The notes below the pieces were generated by a model that made no database searches, was not told the DNA's origin, and saw only the letters and a list, made by a program, of their open reading frames with translations. The translations under genes were made by a program, and so were the position numbers. This document shows positions 39,275 through 39,421 of a stretch of 39,421 bases of DNA, one piece after another. The stretch lies in the sequence record SRR16203515_1217, one strand, 5' to 3'. How positions within the stretch are numbered: the stretch's first letter is position 1; every line of letters begins with the position of its first letter.

Positions 39275-39421
39275 CATCGGTGTCGACTTGAAATGCGTCG
39301 GCCTTGAGGAAGGAGTAGCGTATGACCGGTTCCCACTTCTCCATTTTATAGGCCGCGCGGAGGGCGTAACCCGAGACATCGCCTTTGGAGCCGAGGTCAC
39401 CATTGAAATATTCCCCGAGGA
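39271..39421 (-). other. Inverted internal fragment of the porin coding sequence
   Basis: Minus strand from the window end reads LGEYFNGDLGSKGDVSGYALRAAYKMEKWEPVIRYSFLKADAFQVDTDEL: porin-like beta-strands with the same C-ending codon style as the upstream porin. Confidence 0.65.

Noticed and set aside
38892..39344. 150-aa minus-strand ORF as an independent gene
   Set aside because: Only its first ~25 aa look real (the inverted porin fragment); the rest is antisense to the porin.

Overview
A dense, mostly housekeeping bacterial window. It is most likely from a Verrucomicrobiota (Opitutales-like) genome; this is an inference from the PEP-CTERM protein, alpha2-type GlyRS, RNase Y, Ni-SOD and general gene style. 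From left to right it holds: the 5' end of a KamA-family radical SAM gene divergent from arsR-polX; rny and a DUF481-like barrel; tRNA-Asp; miaA and an HNH gene; a GldA/F/G-like ABC + DUF4340-like + AsmA-like operon; rnd; an ilvD-pgi-coiled-coil-small lipoprotein-rsmI-sodN run; scpB-pheA and a DEAD helicase; rhomboid, Prc and PEP-CTERM genes; ferredoxin, GlyRS and a DUF374-like gene; and a phosphate locus (pstSCAB-phoU) divergent from an OprO/P-like porin. No transposase, integrase or CRISPR array was seen. The most notable observations are: (1) a histone-H1-like (xxAKK)n polycation fused to a CBM20-like domain directly after phoU; (2) PstC and PstA both carrying large helical extracytoplasmic insertions; (3) two mirror-image arrays of four 11-bp-spaced Pho-box-like repeats; (4) a 57-aa lipoprotein missed by the ORF track; (5) the last ~150 nt appear to be an inverted piece of the porin gene (chimera or true inversion). 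All family calls come from motif recognition by eye; no database searches were run.
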